Counted from the stretch's first letter, positions 39,017 through 51,138 are shown. The stretch: DNA of 64,000 nt from an uncultured Hyphomicrobiales bacterium (GCA_964531635.1 CAZHCZ010000001.1:1621-65620), one strand, 5' to 3'. Notes: generated from the letters alone by a model not told the origin. Numbers and translations: made by a program.

Positions 39017-40437
39017 ATGATGATAATTTTTTCGATGCTTTACCCGAAGATATGGACATTACAAAAAGCAATGTGGAACAATCGCAACCGATTATTCGCC
39101 CCAACACAAACCCAACACTCGATATTGGGTTGGATGATGAAAACAATCTAAGTGGCAATAATAATGCAGTAAAACAAACCGCTATGGAGCATAATGTTAC
39201 TCAACATGTTTCATCTTTTGATGGTGATAGCGTCAATAAACCTTTGCAAATCCCTCAAATTTCTATCCAAGCATTTTTTGAAACTCAGGCGACAGCGCAA
39301 TTGTTTCAATTGAGCGCAACCGATAGGCGCATGTCACGCGCGCACATAACCATGCAAGCGGGTGGTATTGTTGCCGCTAAAAACTTCTATCAAAACACCC
39401 CTACACCCAATTTAATAGTTATCGAAAGCCGCTTAGCCCAAGACCAATTGCTCGCGGCGTTGGACGACCTTGCTTCAGTGTGTGATGAAGGCACAAAAGT
39501 TTTTGTACTGGGTCATGAAAATGACATCCACCTCTATCGCAATTTGGTTTCAAAAGGCATTAGCGATTATTTGGTGTTGCCAACATCTCCACTTAAATTC
39601 ATCGAAACCATTTATAATATATATCATGACCCAAGCAGCGAGCCTATGGGTAAAAAATATGCGTTTTTTGGGGCAAAAGGGGGCGTGGGGTCAAGCAGTT
39701 TAGCACATAATATTGGCTATTCCATTGCAGAAAATATTCACGACAGTGTAACAATTGTAGATATGGATTTTGCGTTTGGTACATTGGGTCTTAACTTTAA
39801 TCAAGATGCAGTTCAAGACATTGTCAAACTGCTAAAAACACCCGAGAGAATAGACCAAGCCACAATTAATAAAATGCAAATAAAGTATAATGAATATCTA
39901 AATTTACTGCCCAATATTTCAACCATTGACGATGATGAAAATGTTAGCGTTAATGCTGTTAATGCTTTATTGCAATCTATGACGCAAAATGTTTCCAATT
40001 CAATTGTCGACTTGCCACATGTTTGGAATAACTGGGTAAAGTCAACCCTTATCCAAGCCGATCAAATTGTCATCACCACCACACCCGATTTGGCGTGCCT
40101 AAGAAACACCAAAAATATTATAGATTATTTAAAAAGTAATCGCCACCAAGATGTCGACCCATTGGTGGTTATGAACCAAGTTGGCATGCTAAAAAAACCC
40201 GAAATTAAAGCCAAAGATTTTGCCGATACCATTGGTGTTCCAATTATAGCCGAAATTAATTATGATCCGTATTTGTTTGGTACAGCAGCCAATAATGGGC
40301 AGATGATTGACGAATTTAGCAAATCTGAAAAGATTTTAGACCAATTTAACCAAATTGCACAGATTTTAGTTGGTAAAAAAACCCAACCAATAAGTCATAA
40401 AAAAAACCTATTCGATTTTTTTAAAAAGAAAGCATAA
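39013..40437 (+). CDS. cpaE: pilus assembly protein CpaE/TadZ (ParA/MinD-like)
   Basis: Deviant Walker A GAKGGVGSSSLAHNIG preceded by a receiver-like region. ATGA overlap with the cpaD stop. Confidence 0.85.
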   Translation: MNDDNFFDALPEDMDITKSNVEQSQPIIRPNTNPTLDIGLDDENNLSGNNNAVKQTAMEHNVTQHVSSFDGDSVNKPLQIPQISIQAFFETQATAQLFQLSATDRRMSRAHITMQAGGIVAAKNFYQNTPTPNLIVIESRLAQDQLLAALDDLASVCDEGTKVFVLGHENDIHLYRNLVSKGISDYLVLPTSPLKFIETIYNIYHDPSSEPMGKKYAFFGAKGGVGSSSLAHNIGYSIAENIHDSVTIVDMDFAFGTLGLNFNQDAVQDIVKLLKTPERIDQATINKMQIKYNEYLNLLPNISTIDDDENVSVNAVNALLQSMTQNVSNSIVDLPHVWNNWVKSTLIQADQIVITTTPDLACLRNTKNIIDYLKSNRHQDVDPLVVMNQVGMLKKPEIKAKDFADTIGVPIIAEINYDPYLFGTAANNGQMIDEFSKSEKILDQFNQIAQILVGKKTQPISHKKNLFDFFKKKA

Positions 40438-40459
40438 CCATTAAGGTTGAGGAAAATAT

Positions 40460-41917
40460 ATGTTTGGAAAGCGCAACGAATTTAGCAATAAAACAGCAGC
40501 CCAAAACAAGCCTGCAGACGTTGTTGCGCCTACCGAGCAAACGCATGTAGCGCACAAAGTGACGGCTAAAGGTGGGCAAATTCCCGATATTAATATTACC
40601 CCAACAGCACCAACTGTTAAAGAAAAAACACCTGAATATTATGCCACCAAAAAAAGCGTGTTCGATACATTAATCGAAACCATCGACATGACGCAACTCG
40701 CCCAAATGGATAGCGATACAACCAAGGCCGAAATTGCCGATGTGGTCAATGAGATTTTAATAATCCAAGGCGATGTTATGTCGATAGCCGAGCAAGAAGA
40801 ATTGCTCGAAGATATTTGCAACGATGTACTCGGTTATGGACCTTTAGAGCCTCTATTGGCGCGCGATGATATTGCCGATATTATGGTCAATGGCGCAAAT
40901 AAAACCTATATTGAAGTTAATGGTAAAATGGAACTGACCAATATTAAGTTTCAAGACAACGCACAATTAATGAATATATGCCAACGTATTGTAAGCCAAG
41001 TTGGCAGGCGAGTCGATGACAGCAGCCCAATTTGTGATGCACGCCTTATGGATGGTTCTCGTGTTAATGTTATTGCTCCTCCGCTCGCCATTGATGGGCC
41101 AACACTCACTATCCGTAAATTTAAAAAAGACAAACTCACTCTCGCCAATTTGGTTAACTTTGGAACAATTACTCCAGATGGCGCAACAATACTCGAAATT
41201 ATAGGGCGTTCTCGGTGTAATGTCGTTATCTCAGGCGGTACAGGCTCAGGTAAAACCACATTGCTCAATTGTATGACCCAATTTGTCGATGCCGATGAGC
41301 GGGTTATAACCTGCGAAGATACAGCCGAACTGCAATTGCAGCAAGACCATGTTGTGCGCCTAGAAACCCGCCCGCCAAATCTCGAAGGCGAAGGCGAGGT
41401 TACCATGCGCGAGCTCATTAAAAACTGCCTGCGTATGCGGCCAGAGCGTATTATAGTTGGCGAGGTGCGTGGGCCCGAAGCGTTTGACTTGCTACAAGCA
41501 ATGAATACAGGCCATGATGGTTCAATGGGCACATTACATGCTAACAGCCCGCGTGAAGCTTTGTCACGGATGGAAAGCATGATTACTATGGGCTATAGCC
41601 TACCCAGCGCCACCATAAAAGAAATGATAGCAGGCGCGGTTGATATCATCATCCAAGCCGCAAGGTTGCGTGATGGTTCACGCCGCATCACCCATGTTTC
41701 AGAAGTTATCGGCATGGAAGGCGATGTTATAGTTCTGCAAGATTTGTTTGTTTATAATATTCTTGGTGAAGATGAAAATGGCAAGCTTATTGGGCGGCAT
41801 CAATCGACAGGCATCGTCAAGCCCCACTTTTGGGATAAAGCTAAATATTATGGCGAGCATATGAAACTCGCAGAAGCCTTAACCAATAGTGCCGCGCAGG
41901 AGGATAATTTTGCTTAA
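40460..41917 (+). CDS. cpaF: Flp pilus assembly ATPase CpaF/TadA
   Basis: Walker A GGTGSGKTT, Walker B RIIVGEVRG, His box TGHDGSMGTLHANS. Confidence 0.95.
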   Translation: MFGKRNEFSNKTAAQNKPADVVAPTEQTHVAHKVTAKGGQIPDINITPTAPTVKEKTPEYYATKKSVFDTLIETIDMTQLAQMDSDTTKAEIADVVNEILIIQGDVMSIAEQEELLEDICNDVLGYGPLEPLLARDDIADIMVNGANKTYIEVNGKMELTNIKFQDNAQLMNICQRIVSQVGRRVDDSSPICDARLMDGSRVNVIAPPLAIDGPTLTIRKFKKDKLTLANLVNFGTITPDGATILEIIGRSRCNVVISGGTGSGKTTLLNCMTQFVDADERVITCEDTAELQLQQDHVVRLETRPPNLEGEGEVTMRELIKNCLRMRPERIIVGEVRGPEAFDLLQAMNTGHDGSMGTLHANSPREALSRMESMITMGYSLPSATIKEMIAGAVDIIIQAARLRDGSRRITHVSEVIGMEGDVIVLQDLFVYNILGEDENGKLIGRHQSTGIVKPHFWDKAKYYGEHMKLAEALTNSAAQEDNFA

Positions 41918-42902
41918 TCAAAACTTAGTAGAAATAGCAACAATTACCATTGTCACTTTGGCCGTTCTGGCGATTGTATATACAATATTGTCGACATTTT
42001 TTAACAAATCAAAATCCGATATCCGCAAAAAAAATATTTCATCTAAACGCACTAACTCTCTATCCGTCGAAGTGAGTTCAAACGATAGAAGCTCTGACTT
42101 AAGACGCAAAGAAATTCAAAACAAACTCAAAAGACAAAAAAAAGAGAAAAAAACAAAAAAACTATCCATGCAACAGCGTTTGCAACAAGCGGGGCTTAAC
42201 ATTTCAATCACATTATTCTTTGTATTGTCTGCTATACTCGGTTTTATTTGCGCCATTGTAACTCTTATGGTTGCACCAAATTTAATGGTTGCTGGCTTTG
42301 CATTTTTTGTCGGTATGTTTGGGCTACCACGGTTTATTTTAAGCCGAATGAAAATCCGCCGTCAAAAAAAGTTTTTAGATGAATTCCCAACCGCCATAGA
42401 TGTTATTGTTCGCGGTGTGCGTTCAGGACTACCGCTTAACGATGCCCTTAAAATGATTGGCGAAGAATCAACAGAGCCTTTACGCTCAGAATTTTTACTT
42501 CTAATTAATGAGCAAAAAATGGGCATTACTATTCAAGAAGGTTTGTTTAGAATGAACGGGCGTATAGAATTGCCTGAACTTAACTTTTTAGCCATTGTTA
42601 TTAACATTCAACAAACTATGGGCGGTAATTTATCCGAAACTTTGTCTGGTTTATCGACCATTATTCGTGGGCGTAAAAAAATGCGAGCAAAAATAGACGC
42701 CATATCGACCGAAGCTAAAGCCAGTGCTTCGATTATTGGCAGCTTACCGATTTTAATTATGTTGGGCATTAGTGCCGTTTCTCCGGGTTATATGGACCCA
42801 ATGCTTGAAACAACAACAGGGAATTTTTTACTCGGTGGGTCTGCCTTATGGATGTTGTGCGGAATTTTAGTAATGCGCCAAATGATAAATATGAAAATAT
42901 AG
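41910..42902 (+). CDS. tadB: Flp pilus assembly inner-membrane protein TadB
   Basis: T2SSF-type domain. Start placed at TTG 41910, 7 nt after AGGAGGA inside the cpaF 3' end. The track ORF starts at 41889. Confidence 0.85.
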   Translation: MLNQNLVEIATITIVTLAVLAIVYTILSTFFNKSKSDIRKKNISSKRTNSLSVEVSSNDRSSDLRRKEIQNKLKRQKKEKKTKKLSMQQRLQQAGLNISITLFFVLSAILGFICAIVTLMVAPNLMVAGFAFFVGMFGLPRFILSRMKIRRQKKFLDEFPTAIDVIVRGVRSGLPLNDALKMIGEESTEPLRSEFLLLINEQKMGITIQEGLFRMNGRIELPELNFLAIVINIQQTMGGNLSETLSGLSTIIRGRKKMRAKIDAISTEAKASASIIGSLPILIMLGISAVSPGYMDPMLETTTGNFLLGGSALWMLCGILVMRQMINMKI

Positions 42903-42911
42903 GAGATAAAA

Positions 42912-43883
42912 ATGGAATCTTTTATTAATTATATGACAGATCCGCAAAATCTTGTTGTTATAATTGTCGGAATATCATCATTCATCACAATATTTATTCT
43001 CGTCGGTCCAATGATTGCAGGCAATCCTTTAGACACTCGTATGAAATCTGTCGCCGAAGAGCGTAAACGCCTAAGAGAACGCCAGCTAAACGAAGTCAAC
43101 AAAAAAACGCTCAATAATGCGCGCTCTGGGCAAGAAGACTTTATGAAGATAATAGTCGATAAGTTTAACTTGCGTAAGGCGTTCGAGAGCAAGGATACTA
43201 TTAACTCTTTACGTATGGCGGGCTTTCGAGGGCAAACTTCAATTTACGTATTTTTATTTTTTCGCTTAGCAGTGCCTATTGTTTTACTTATCACATCATT
43301 GCTTTATATGTTTTTTGTCAATGATTTTGATCAAACGAACACAATGATTTTTGTTTATGCCTTTGGTCTTTTCATTCTCGGGTTTTATTTGCCAAACCTA
43401 TATTTAAAAAATGCAATCACCAAACGACAAGAAATTTTACGCGCCATTTTCCCCGATACTATGGATTTATTACTTATATGTGTCGAGGCAGGCATGGCAA
43501 TTGAAGCCGCCTTTAATAAAGTTTCGACCGAAATAGCCGTGCAGTCTATGGAAATGTCCGAAGAATTGGCATTAACAACTGCCGAACTTTCTTATCTTTC
43601 TTCACGCACAGCCGCTTATAGAAATTTAGCAGCACGCACAGGGTTAGATGAAATTAAAGCCCTTACAACTTCACTGGTACAAGCCGAGCAGTATGGTACG
43701 CCTTTAGGCTCAGCCCTTCGTGTTATTTCCGCCGAAAACCGTGATGCCCGCATGACAAGAGCCGAGAAAAAAGCCGCATCATTACCACCCAAACTCACAG
43801 TACCAATGATATTGTTTTTCTTGCCCGTTATTTTTGTAGTTATCTTAGGCCCAACAATTATGCTTGTTTCCAAAACCTTCTAA
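42912..43883 (+). CDS. tadC: Flp pilus assembly inner-membrane protein TadC
   Basis: T2SSF-type domain (DTMDLLLICVEAGMAIEAAF). Follows tadB. Confidence 0.88.
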   Translation: MESFINYMTDPQNLVVIIVGISSFITIFILVGPMIAGNPLDTRMKSVAEERKRLRERQLNEVNKKTLNNARSGQEDFMKIIVDKFNLRKAFESKDTINSLRMAGFRGQTSIYVFLFFRLAVPIVLLITSLLYMFFVNDFDQTNTMIFVYAFGLFILGFYLPNLYLKNAITKRQEILRAIFPDTMDLLLICVEAGMAIEAAFNKVSTEIAVQSMEMSEELALTTAELSYLSSRTAAYRNLAARTGLDEIKALTTSLVQAEQYGTPLGSALRVISAENRDARMTRAEKKAASLPPKLTVPMILFFLPVIFVVILGPTIMLVSKTF

Positions 43884-43961
43884 GATTAAAGCCTTGCTCA
43901 AACAGCCCGTCTGGTTTAAAAAGTCTGCATAAGAAAAAAGACCCGCAGAATAGAGTTTATC

Positions 43962-45467
43962 ATGAGCAAGAAAAAAAAATCATTTCGTCCCAAAGCACGG
44001 CTACCGCGCGGTTTTGGCGATATTCACGCCAACCAAGTGCGTAATATGGCAGCAATGGTTAAAAAAATTGCCGATATTTACGAACTATACGGCTTCGAAC
44101 CACTAGAAACACCGGCACTAGAATTTGCTGAATGTTTGGGTAAGTTTTTACCCGATGCCGACCGCCCCAATGAAGGCGTGTTTGCCCTACAAGATGATGA
44201 CGAGCAATGGATGGCTTTGCGCTACGACTTAACCGCCCCAACCGCACGGTTTGTCGCCCAAAATTACGATGCCATAGCCAAACCGTTCCGTCGTTACCAA
44301 ACAGGCTTAGTTTGGCGTAACGAAAAACCAGGGCCAGGGCGGTTTCGCCAATTTGTTCAATTTGATGCCGATACAATAGGCAGTGCCGAAATGGCAGCCG
44401 ATGCCGAGCTTGCAATGATGTGGGCAGATGTAATGGAAGCGCTTAATATAAAACGTGGCGACTATATTATTAACATGAATAACCGCAAAATTCTCGATGG
44501 TGTGCTTGATAAAATCAACATGCTTGGGCAAGATGAAGCCTCAACCAACACCCGCCTTATAGTCATGCGCGCAATGGATAAACTCGACCGCTTAGGCATT
44601 GAAGGCGTGCGGGCATTATTAGGCGAAGGGCGCAAAGATGAAAGCGGCGATTTTACCAAAGGTGCAAAATTAAACCAAACCTCTATTGATAAAATTATTA
44701 ACTTTGTTGAAGCAGGAAAACCCACCAATAAAGCCACATTAGAAGCCTTATCAAAACTTATAAAAGGCAGTGAAATTGGCGAACAAGGCATAGCCGAACT
44801 TGCCGAAATTAATGAACTAATTTTAGCCGCAGGTTATAGCGAAGACCGCATCCGCTTTAACCCCTCTATCGTCCGTGGTTTGGGCTATTATTCCGGGCCC
44901 GTAATGGAAGCCGAACTCACCTTTAAAATCAAAGACGAAAAAGGCAATTTAGTGCAATTTGGGTCAGTAGGCGGCGGCGGTCGTTATGATGGCTTGGTTG
45001 CTCGGTTTAAAGGCATAGAAATTCCCGCGACAGGCATTTCTATCGGTGTCAGCCGTTTATATGCTGCCCTTGAACAATTGGGCAACCACAAAGTCAATAC
45101 TATTCTTGCCCCTGTAATCATCTTGGTTATGGATAAATCCGAACGCGCCATCTATCAACAAATGGCAACCGACTTGCGCCAAGCAGGCATTCGTGCCGAG
45201 GTTTATATGGGCAGTAGTGGTATGAAAGCCCAACTTAAATATGCCGATAAACGCGGCGCACCCTTAGTCATCATTCAAGGCGAAGATGAGCGCGCGAATA
45301 ATGAGATAACCATCAAAGATTTGGTTGTCGGCACTCAAGCTTCAAAAGACATTACCGACAATGAGCAATGGCGCACTTCTCAAGTGGCGCAAATGTGTGT
45401 TAAAACTACTGAACTGGTAAAAACCGTGCAACAAATCCTAAACAAACCCCATCATCATATTGAATAA
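43962..45467 (+). CDS. hisS: histidine--tRNA ligase
   Basis: Class II motifs (RYDLTAPTARF, FRQFVQFDADTIG, GGGRYDGL) plus an anticodon-binding domain. 501 aa. Confidence 0.95.
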   Translation: MSKKKKSFRPKARLPRGFGDIHANQVRNMAAMVKKIADIYELYGFEPLETPALEFAECLGKFLPDADRPNEGVFALQDDDEQWMALRYDLTAPTARFVAQNYDAIAKPFRRYQTGLVWRNEKPGPGRFRQFVQFDADTIGSAEMAADAELAMMWADVMEALNIKRGDYIINMNNRKILDGVLDKINMLGQDEASTNTRLIVMRAMDKLDRLGIEGVRALLGEGRKDESGDFTKGAKLNQTSIDKIINFVEAGKPTNKATLEALSKLIKGSEIGEQGIAELAEINELILAAGYSEDRIRFNPSIVRGLGYYSGPVMEAELTFKIKDEKGNLVQFGSVGGGGRYDGLVARFKGIEIPATGISIGVSRLYAALEQLGNHKVNTILAPVIILVMDKSERAIYQQMATDLRQAGIRAEVYMGSSGMKAQLKYADKRGAPLVIIQGEDERANNEITIKDLVVGTQASKDITDNEQWRTSQVAQMCVKTTELVKTVQQILNKPHHHIE

Positions 45468-45504
45468 AGTTTCAATATTAGACTGATTTAAAGGGTATAA
45501 GAAA

Positions 45505-46650
45505 ATGACACAAACATTAGAAGAAAAAATTAAAAAACTAACAAAACAGCTTGGCTACCAACAAGTCAGCCCCAGTATTATTCAGCCCGCAACGGCATAT
45601 TTCGATATGCTAAGCGACAATTTACGCCGCCAACTGTTTATCGTACAAGACGCATTTAACACCAACACTCAGCAAGATTGTGTGCTGCGCCCCGAGTTCA
45701 CCATCTGCACCTTGCGCGACTATTTGCAAAATAGTGAAACTAACAAGCCCGCCCGCCTATCCTATTGCGGGCCGATATTTCGGTCAGATGCTTACAACCA
45801 CAGCTGCAATGAATTCACCCAAACAGGCATAGAAATTTTTGCCGCAAAAGACAGCTTTAAAGCCGATATCGAAACCATAGAATATGCACTTAACGCGCTG
45901 AATATTTTAGATGTTAATGATATAAAATTAAAAATGGGCGATTATTCTCTGTTTTTCACTCTCGTTGATAATCTCGGCATTTCAGACATATGGCGTAAAA
46001 AAATTAAACGCCTGTTTTTGTCGCACAATAATTTGAGCGACCTATTCGCCGCGCTAGAAAAGCCGCAAGTAACGCCAGTTAATAACGAACGTGCTGCCTT
46101 TCTTAATGCCATTGAAGGGTTAGAAATTAATGCCGCGCAAAAACTGGTCGAAAATGTGTTAAGCTTTAGCGGTATCGACCTTATCGGTGGGCGCAGTGCC
46201 AGCCAAATTGCCGAACGGTTTTTAGAACAAGCCGCCCTAAGTGCTAGCCCCACATTGCCTAAAGATGCCATACAAATTATTGGCGAATATTTTAGTATCA
46301 CTGGCGATGCCCAACACAGCATTAAGCAACTTAAAGCGTTCAACAAAAAACACGCATTAGAATTAGATGATAAAATAGCCGAAGTTAGCCAGCGGTTTGA
46401 CGCAATAAAGGCGTTAAAATTTAACGTAGAAGATGTTGTTTTTAACCCGTTTTTAGGGCGTGGATTTGAATATTATACAGGCATGGTATTCGAAATTGTC
46501 GATGCTAAAATGCGTGTCGATAAGCCGCTCATAGCAGGCGGACGATATGATGGTTTGGCAAAACAATTGGGCGCAAAGCAAAATATAAATGCTGTTGGCG
46601 CTTCATTATGGAATGCCCGTATTGCCGCGATTAAACAAGGAGCAAATTAA
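45505..46650 (+). CDS. hisZ: ATP phosphoribosyltransferase regulatory subunit HisZ
   Basis: HisS paralogue lacking the anticodon-binding domain (GGRYDGL retained). Lies immediately upstream of hisG with a TAATG overlap. Confidence 0.88.
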   Translation: MTQTLEEKIKKLTKQLGYQQVSPSIIQPATAYFDMLSDNLRRQLFIVQDAFNTNTQQDCVLRPEFTICTLRDYLQNSETNKPARLSYCGPIFRSDAYNHSCNEFTQTGIEIFAAKDSFKADIETIEYALNALNILDVNDIKLKMGDYSLFFTLVDNLGISDIWRKKIKRLFLSHNNLSDLFAALEKPQVTPVNNERAAFLNAIEGLEINAAQKLVENVLSFSGIDLIGGRSASQIAERFLEQAALSASPTLPKDAIQIIGEYFSITGDAQHSIKQLKAFNKKHALELDDKIAEVSQRFDAIKALKFNVEDVVFNPFLGRGFEYYTGMVFEIVDAKMRVDKPLIAGGRYDGLAKQLGAKQNINAVGASLWNARIAAIKQGAN

Positions 46651-47633
46651 TGTCTAAATCCAATAAACTAATAATTGCTGTTCCAAGTAAAGGCCGCTTG
46701 CAAGAAAACACATCAAAGTTTTTTAAAAAGCTAGGTCTTAACATTAAACGAACCCAAGGTGCGCGTGGCTATAAAGGCGAACTTGTTGGGCTTGATAATG
46801 TAGAAATTACCTTCCTAAGCGCATCAGAAATTGCCAAATCGTTAGACCAAGGCTTAGTGCATTTGGGCGTAACGGGTGAAGATTTATTGCGCGAAACCAT
46901 CAGTAATACCGATGAAAAAGTTGAAATTTTAAACCCGCTAGGCTTCGGTCAAGCCAATGTGATTGTTGCCGTTCCGCAGAGCTGGATAGATGTAAACACA
47001 ATGCAAGATTTAGACGAGGTTGCCAACCGTTTCCGCGATGATAATGGTCGTCGGTTGCGCGTTGCGACAAAATATAACCGCCTAACCGCTAACTTTTTTA
47101 GCCAACATGGCATTGAAAATTACCGCCTTGTTGCCAGTGCTGGCGCTACCGAAGGCGCACCCGCGACAGGCAGTGCCGAGCTTATCGTCGACATCACCTC
47201 AACAGGTTCAACCTTAGCGGCAAATAATCTTAAAATCTTATCAGACGGTGTTGTTTTGCGCAGCCAAGCCAATTTAACTTTATCTTATAGCGCGTCATGG
47301 AATGAACAGCAGCTTAGCGCATTGGAAAAGTTACTAAACCTAACAGCCGCCGAGCAATCCGCCCGCCAAATGCAAGAAATTAATTGCAAAGTCGATAAAT
47401 TATCTACCAAAGACATTAAAGCCATAACCGAAAAATATAATTGCCAAATGCCTTTCGGCACAGCACAAAATAACAAGCTCACCCTAATTGCCAATAAGGC
47501 CGATATATTTAATATAGTCGATGCCCTAAAGTTAGCAGGTGTCGACTATATAAGCGTGTCTGATTTAAAGTATATATTCACCGCACAAGGGCAAAAATTT
47601 ACGCAAATTAAACAAAAGATAATCAATGTTTAA
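46650..47633 (+). CDS. hisG: ATP phosphoribosyltransferase HisG (with ~100-aa C-terminal region)
   Basis: AVPSKGRL and [15 protein letters not shown] motifs. 327 aa. Confidence 0.9.
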   Translation: MSKSNKLIIAVPSKGRLQENTSKFFKKLGLNIKRTQGARGYKGELVGLDNVEITFLSASEIAKSLDQGLVHLGVTGEDLLRETISNTDEKVEILNPLGFGQANVIVAVPQSWIDVNTMQDLDEVANRFRDDNGRRLRVATKYNRLTANFFSQHGIENYRLVASAGATEGAPATGSAELIVDITSTGSTLAANNLKILSDGVVLRSQANLTLSYSASWNEQQLSALEKLLNLTAAEQSARQMQEINCKVDKLSTKDIKAITEKYNCQMPFGTAQNNKLTLIANKADIFNIVDALKLAGVDYISVSDLKYIFTAQGQKFTQIKQKIINV

Positions 47634-50059
47634 CCGCGCAATTTACCGCCTGTAGTTTTTTCAACTTTAGCGATTACCTTATTCATAATCACAGCAATTT
47701 CTTCATCATTCAAAGTTTTATCGCTTTGCTTAATGCTAAATTCGACCGCCAGTGATTTTTTACCCAAGCCCAAATTTTCATCTTGATAAACATCAAATAG
47801 TTTCGCCTCCGAAACTTGTTTTTTATCAGCACCAATAACCGCGCTTAATAACTTAATGGCTGGCAAATTTTCATCAACAATAAACGCCAAGTCTTTTTTA
47901 ACAGACAGCAAGTTCGATAGGTTAAGCGCACCTTTGCCAATATTTTTTTGTCGTGGTTTAGGCAAAACATCAAGCGTAATTTCAAACGCCACAATGGTTT
48001 CATCAACATCAAATGCTTTTAAAATACGCGGATGAATTTCGCCAAAATGGGCAATAATATTTTTAGGCCCAAGTTGTAATGTTCCGCTTCGCCCTGGGTG
48101 ATAATGCTCAGGCGCACCTGCTACACACTGAAACTTGTCTGCCGCCACACCAATGCCGTTCAGCAAAGCCATAACATCTGCTTTGGCATCATAAAGGTCT
48201 ATTTTTTTATTTTCCTGCCAATGCCGCCCTTGCCCTGCAAGTTTAGCAGTACCACGCCTTATGCCACTAACCGATATTTTTTGGTCAGTATTTTCCGCAC
48301 CCAAAAACACTTGCCCAACTTCAAACATAGCTTGGTCAGTAATTCCTCGCCCCGCATTACGCGCCGATGCCGCCAATAAGTTTGGCAATAAAGATGGGCG
48401 CATAGTCGACATTTCAACCGAAATAGGGTTCGAGAGCACCAATTCATCTGCTCCACCACCAAACATTTTAGCATGGTCTTGCGGTATAAAACTATAAGTC
48501 ACAGCTTCTTTCATACCCCGCGCAGCCAACACTCGACGGCTGCGCATAGTTTTGTCTTGCAACATGCTTAAAACTGGTTTTCCCGCCACATTTAAACGCT
48601 CTAATGGTACAGACTTTACATGTTCAAAACCAAATATCCGCACAATTTCTTCGACAAAATCTTGCTTGCCATGTATATCAGGGCGCCAATCAGGCACGGC
48701 AACATTAAGCACATCGCCATCACCCAACACCACAAAACCAAGGTCAGACAATATGCTAATTATCCGTGCTTTTGGCACATCAAGGCTCGACAAACGCTTC
48801 ACCTCTGCAAGCGGAAAATCAATAACCATGTTACGACTGGGCGTATCTCCTGCCACCACAATATCGCTAATAACCGTATTTTCTGTTCCACAAAAATCTA
48901 AAACCAATTGGGTCGCAAATTCTAAACCATCAATCGCGCTTAACGTGTCTATACCGCGTTCATTTCGGTAACGCGCATCTGATTGAATGTTGGTCTTACG
49001 TCCTGTAATGGCGGTCGAAATGGGGTCAAAATAAGCCGATTCAATAAATATATTTTGGCTGTCCAGTTGCGAGCCAGAATACACCCCGCCCATAACACCA
49101 CCAAGCCCCAACACCCGCACATCATCGGCAATCACGCACATGCTGGCATCTATATTATAATCCTTACCATCAAGCGCACTGAGTTTTTCACCATCTTTAC
49201 CCAACCGCGCACCAATAGTACCACTAATTTTATCGGCATCATAAACATGCAAAGGTCGGCAGCGGTCATAAGACACATAATTGGTAATATCGACCAAAGC
49301 CGAAATAGGACGCAAGCCAATGGCCGTTAATCGACGTTGTAGCCATTTAGGGCTAGGCTTATTTTCAACATTTTTTATTAAGCGCCCCGCAAATTGCAAA
49401 CATGCTTGGTTATTATCATCCGCAAAATCGAGCTTAATATCAATGTCACTTTTAAAGCTACCCTCAACAGGTGCAATTTTATTCTGCTCAATTTTAAGAG
49501 TTCCTAATCCTGCAGCTGCCAAATCGCGGGCAATGCCATAAACACCCAGGCAATCAGGGCGGTTCGGGGTAATGGTCACCTCAATAACAGGGTCATCAAT
49601 ACCTAAAATTCCTGCAAATGGCACGCCGACCTCCGCATCAGCAGGCAATTCAATAATACCATCATGGTCGTCCGATATGCCCATTTCAAGTTCAGAACAT
49701 AACATCCCGCAAGATTTTACACCGCGTATTTCGGTAGGCTTTAATAACATGCCATTGCTGGGGATAGTTAAACCCTCGCGCGCAAATACAATTTTTATGC
49801 CCGCGCGCGCATTATGCGCCCCGCAAACAACTTGCATGCTTTCGCCTGCGCCAATATCCACCGTACAGAGTTGTAATTTATCGGCATTAGGATGTTGTTC
49901 CGCCGCCGTAACAAAACCAACGGTAAAGGGTGCAAGCACTGCTCCACGGTCAATAACATCTTCAACCTCTAAGCCAATATCGGTTAGCGTATCGCATATT
50001 TTTTCTAAACTTGCATTTGTGTCTAAATGGTCTTTTAACCAACTTAAGGTAAATTTCAT
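47630..50059 (-). CDS. pheT: phenylalanine--tRNA ligase beta subunit
   Basis: 809 aa. N-terminal tRNA-binding domain ([15 protein letters not shown]), B3/4 and B5 domains, C-terminal FDX-ACB domain. Confidence 0.96.
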   Translation of the reverse strand: MKFTLSWLKDHLDTNASLEKICDTLTDIGLEVEDVIDRGAVLAPFTVGFVTAAEQHPNADKLQLCTVDIGAGESMQVVCGAHNARAGIKIVFAREGLTIPSNGMLLKPTEIRGVKSCGMLCSELEMGISDDHDGIIELPADAEVGVPFAGILGIDDPVIEVTITPNRPDCLGVYGIARDLAAAGLGTLKIEQNKIAPVEGSFKSDIDIKLDFADDNNQACLQFAGRLIKNVENKPSPKWLQRRLTAIGLRPISALVDITNYVSYDRCRPLHVYDADKISGTIGARLGKDGEKLSALDGKDYNIDASMCVIADDVRVLGLGGVMGGVYSGSQLDSQNIFIESAYFDPISTAITGRKTNIQSDARYRNERGIDTLSAIDGLEFATQLVLDFCGTENTVISDIVVAGDTPSRNMVIDFPLAEVKRLSSLDVPKARIISILSDLGFVVLGDGDVLNVAVPDWRPDIHGKQDFVEEIVRIFGFEHVKSVPLERLNVAGKPVLSMLQDKTMRSRRVLAARGMKEAVTYSFIPQDHAKMFGGGADELVLSNPISVEMSTMRPSLLPNLLAASARNAGRGITDQAMFEVGQVFLGAENTDQKISVSGIRRGTAKLAGQGRHWQENKKIDLYDAKADVMALLNGIGVAADKFQCVAGAPEHYHPGRSGTLQLGPKNIIAHFGEIHPRILKAFDVDETIVAFEITLDVLPKPRQKNIGKGALNLSNLLSVKKDLAFIVDENLPAIKLLSAVIGADKKQVSEAKLFDVYQDENLGLGKKSLAVEFSIKQSDKTLNDEEIAVIMNKVIAKVEKTTGGKLRG

Positions 50060-51138
50060 CGGCTTAAGCCTCCTGTTAAAGACGGTATATCAAACGGTGC
50101 AAATCCATAATGTTCAATCCAACGTAAATCCGCATCAAAAAACGCCCGCAAATCAGGAATACCATATTTAAGCATTGCGATGCGGTCAATGCCCATACCA
50201 AAGGCAAAACCTTGATAAATATCGGGGTCGAGGTTGCAATTGCGTAAAACATTGGGGTGAACCATGCCCGAGCCTAAAATTTCGAGCCATTCATCACCAT
50301 CACCAATAATAATTTGGTTGCCCTTGCGCGTGTAAGCAATATCCACTTCATAACTAATTTCAGTAAACGGAAAATGGTTGGCTCTAAACCGCATTTTTAA
50401 ATTATCAATCTCAAAAAACGCTTTAAAAAACTCTTCCAACGTCCCCTTTAAATTCGCCAATGTCGTGCTTTTATCAATAACTAAAGCTTCAATTTGGTGA
50501 AATTGTGGTGTGTGGGTTAAATCACTGTCATTTCTATATGTTCGCCCTGGGGCTACCACACGAATGGGTGGCTGTTGTGCCTCCATAGTCCGAATTTGCA
50601 CATTCGATGTTTGGGTGCGTAACACTTTACGGTTACCATCTGTATCGGGTGCGAAATAAAATGTGTCATGGTCTTGCCGCGCTGGGTGATGCGGCGGAAT
50701 ATTAAGCGCGGTAAAATTATAAAAATCGGTTTCAATATGCGGGCCATCGGCAACGGCAAACCCCATATCGGCGAAAATAGCCACCACTTCTTCCCACACT
50801 TGGCTAAGCGGATGTATCCGCCCTTCATTGGCAGGGTCAGCTTGTACGGGCAAGGTTACGTCAAGTGTTTCAGTAGCAAGTCGCTTATCTAGTGCCTCAT
50901 CTTCTAAACTGACCTTACGCGCTGCAATGGCGGCATTCACTCGAGCTTTTAACTGGTTAACGGTCGCCCCGAATGTCTTGCGTTCTTCAGGCAACATTTT
51001 ACCTAGGGTTTTAAGCAATAAAGAAATTTCACCCTTTTTACCCACCGCCTCAATACGAATATTATCGAGCGCATCAAGCTTATTAGCACCCTCGATAGAG
51101 GTCAATATCTTTTGTTCCAACTCAGTAAGGTCTGCCAT
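50056..51138 (-). CDS. pheS: phenylalanine--tRNA ligase alpha subunit
   Basis: Class II core ([37 protein letters not shown]). 4-nt overlap with pheT. Confidence 0.96.
   Translation of the reverse strand: MADLTELEQKILTSIEGANKLDALDNIRIEAVGKKGEISLLLKTLGKMLPEERKTFGATVNQLKARVNAAIAARKVSLEDEALDKRLATETLDVTLPVQADPANEGRIHPLSQVWEEVVAIFADMGFAVADGPHIETDFYNFTALNIPPHHPARQDHDTFYFAPDTDGNRKVLRTQTSNVQIRTMEAQQPPIRVVAPGRTYRNDSDLTHTPQFHQIEALVIDKSTTLANLKGTLEEFFKAFFEIDNLKMRFRANHFPFTEISYEVDIAYTRKGNQIIIGDGDEWLEILGSGMVHPNVLRNCNLDPDIYQGFAFGMGIDRIAMLKYGIPDLRAFFDADLRWIEHYGFAPFDIPSLTGGLSR

Noticed and set aside
47630-47633. hisG and pheT converge and share a palindromic TTAA that provides both stop codons
   Set aside because: It is real but trivial. 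There is no hairpin or other signal, so it is noted only as an oddity.
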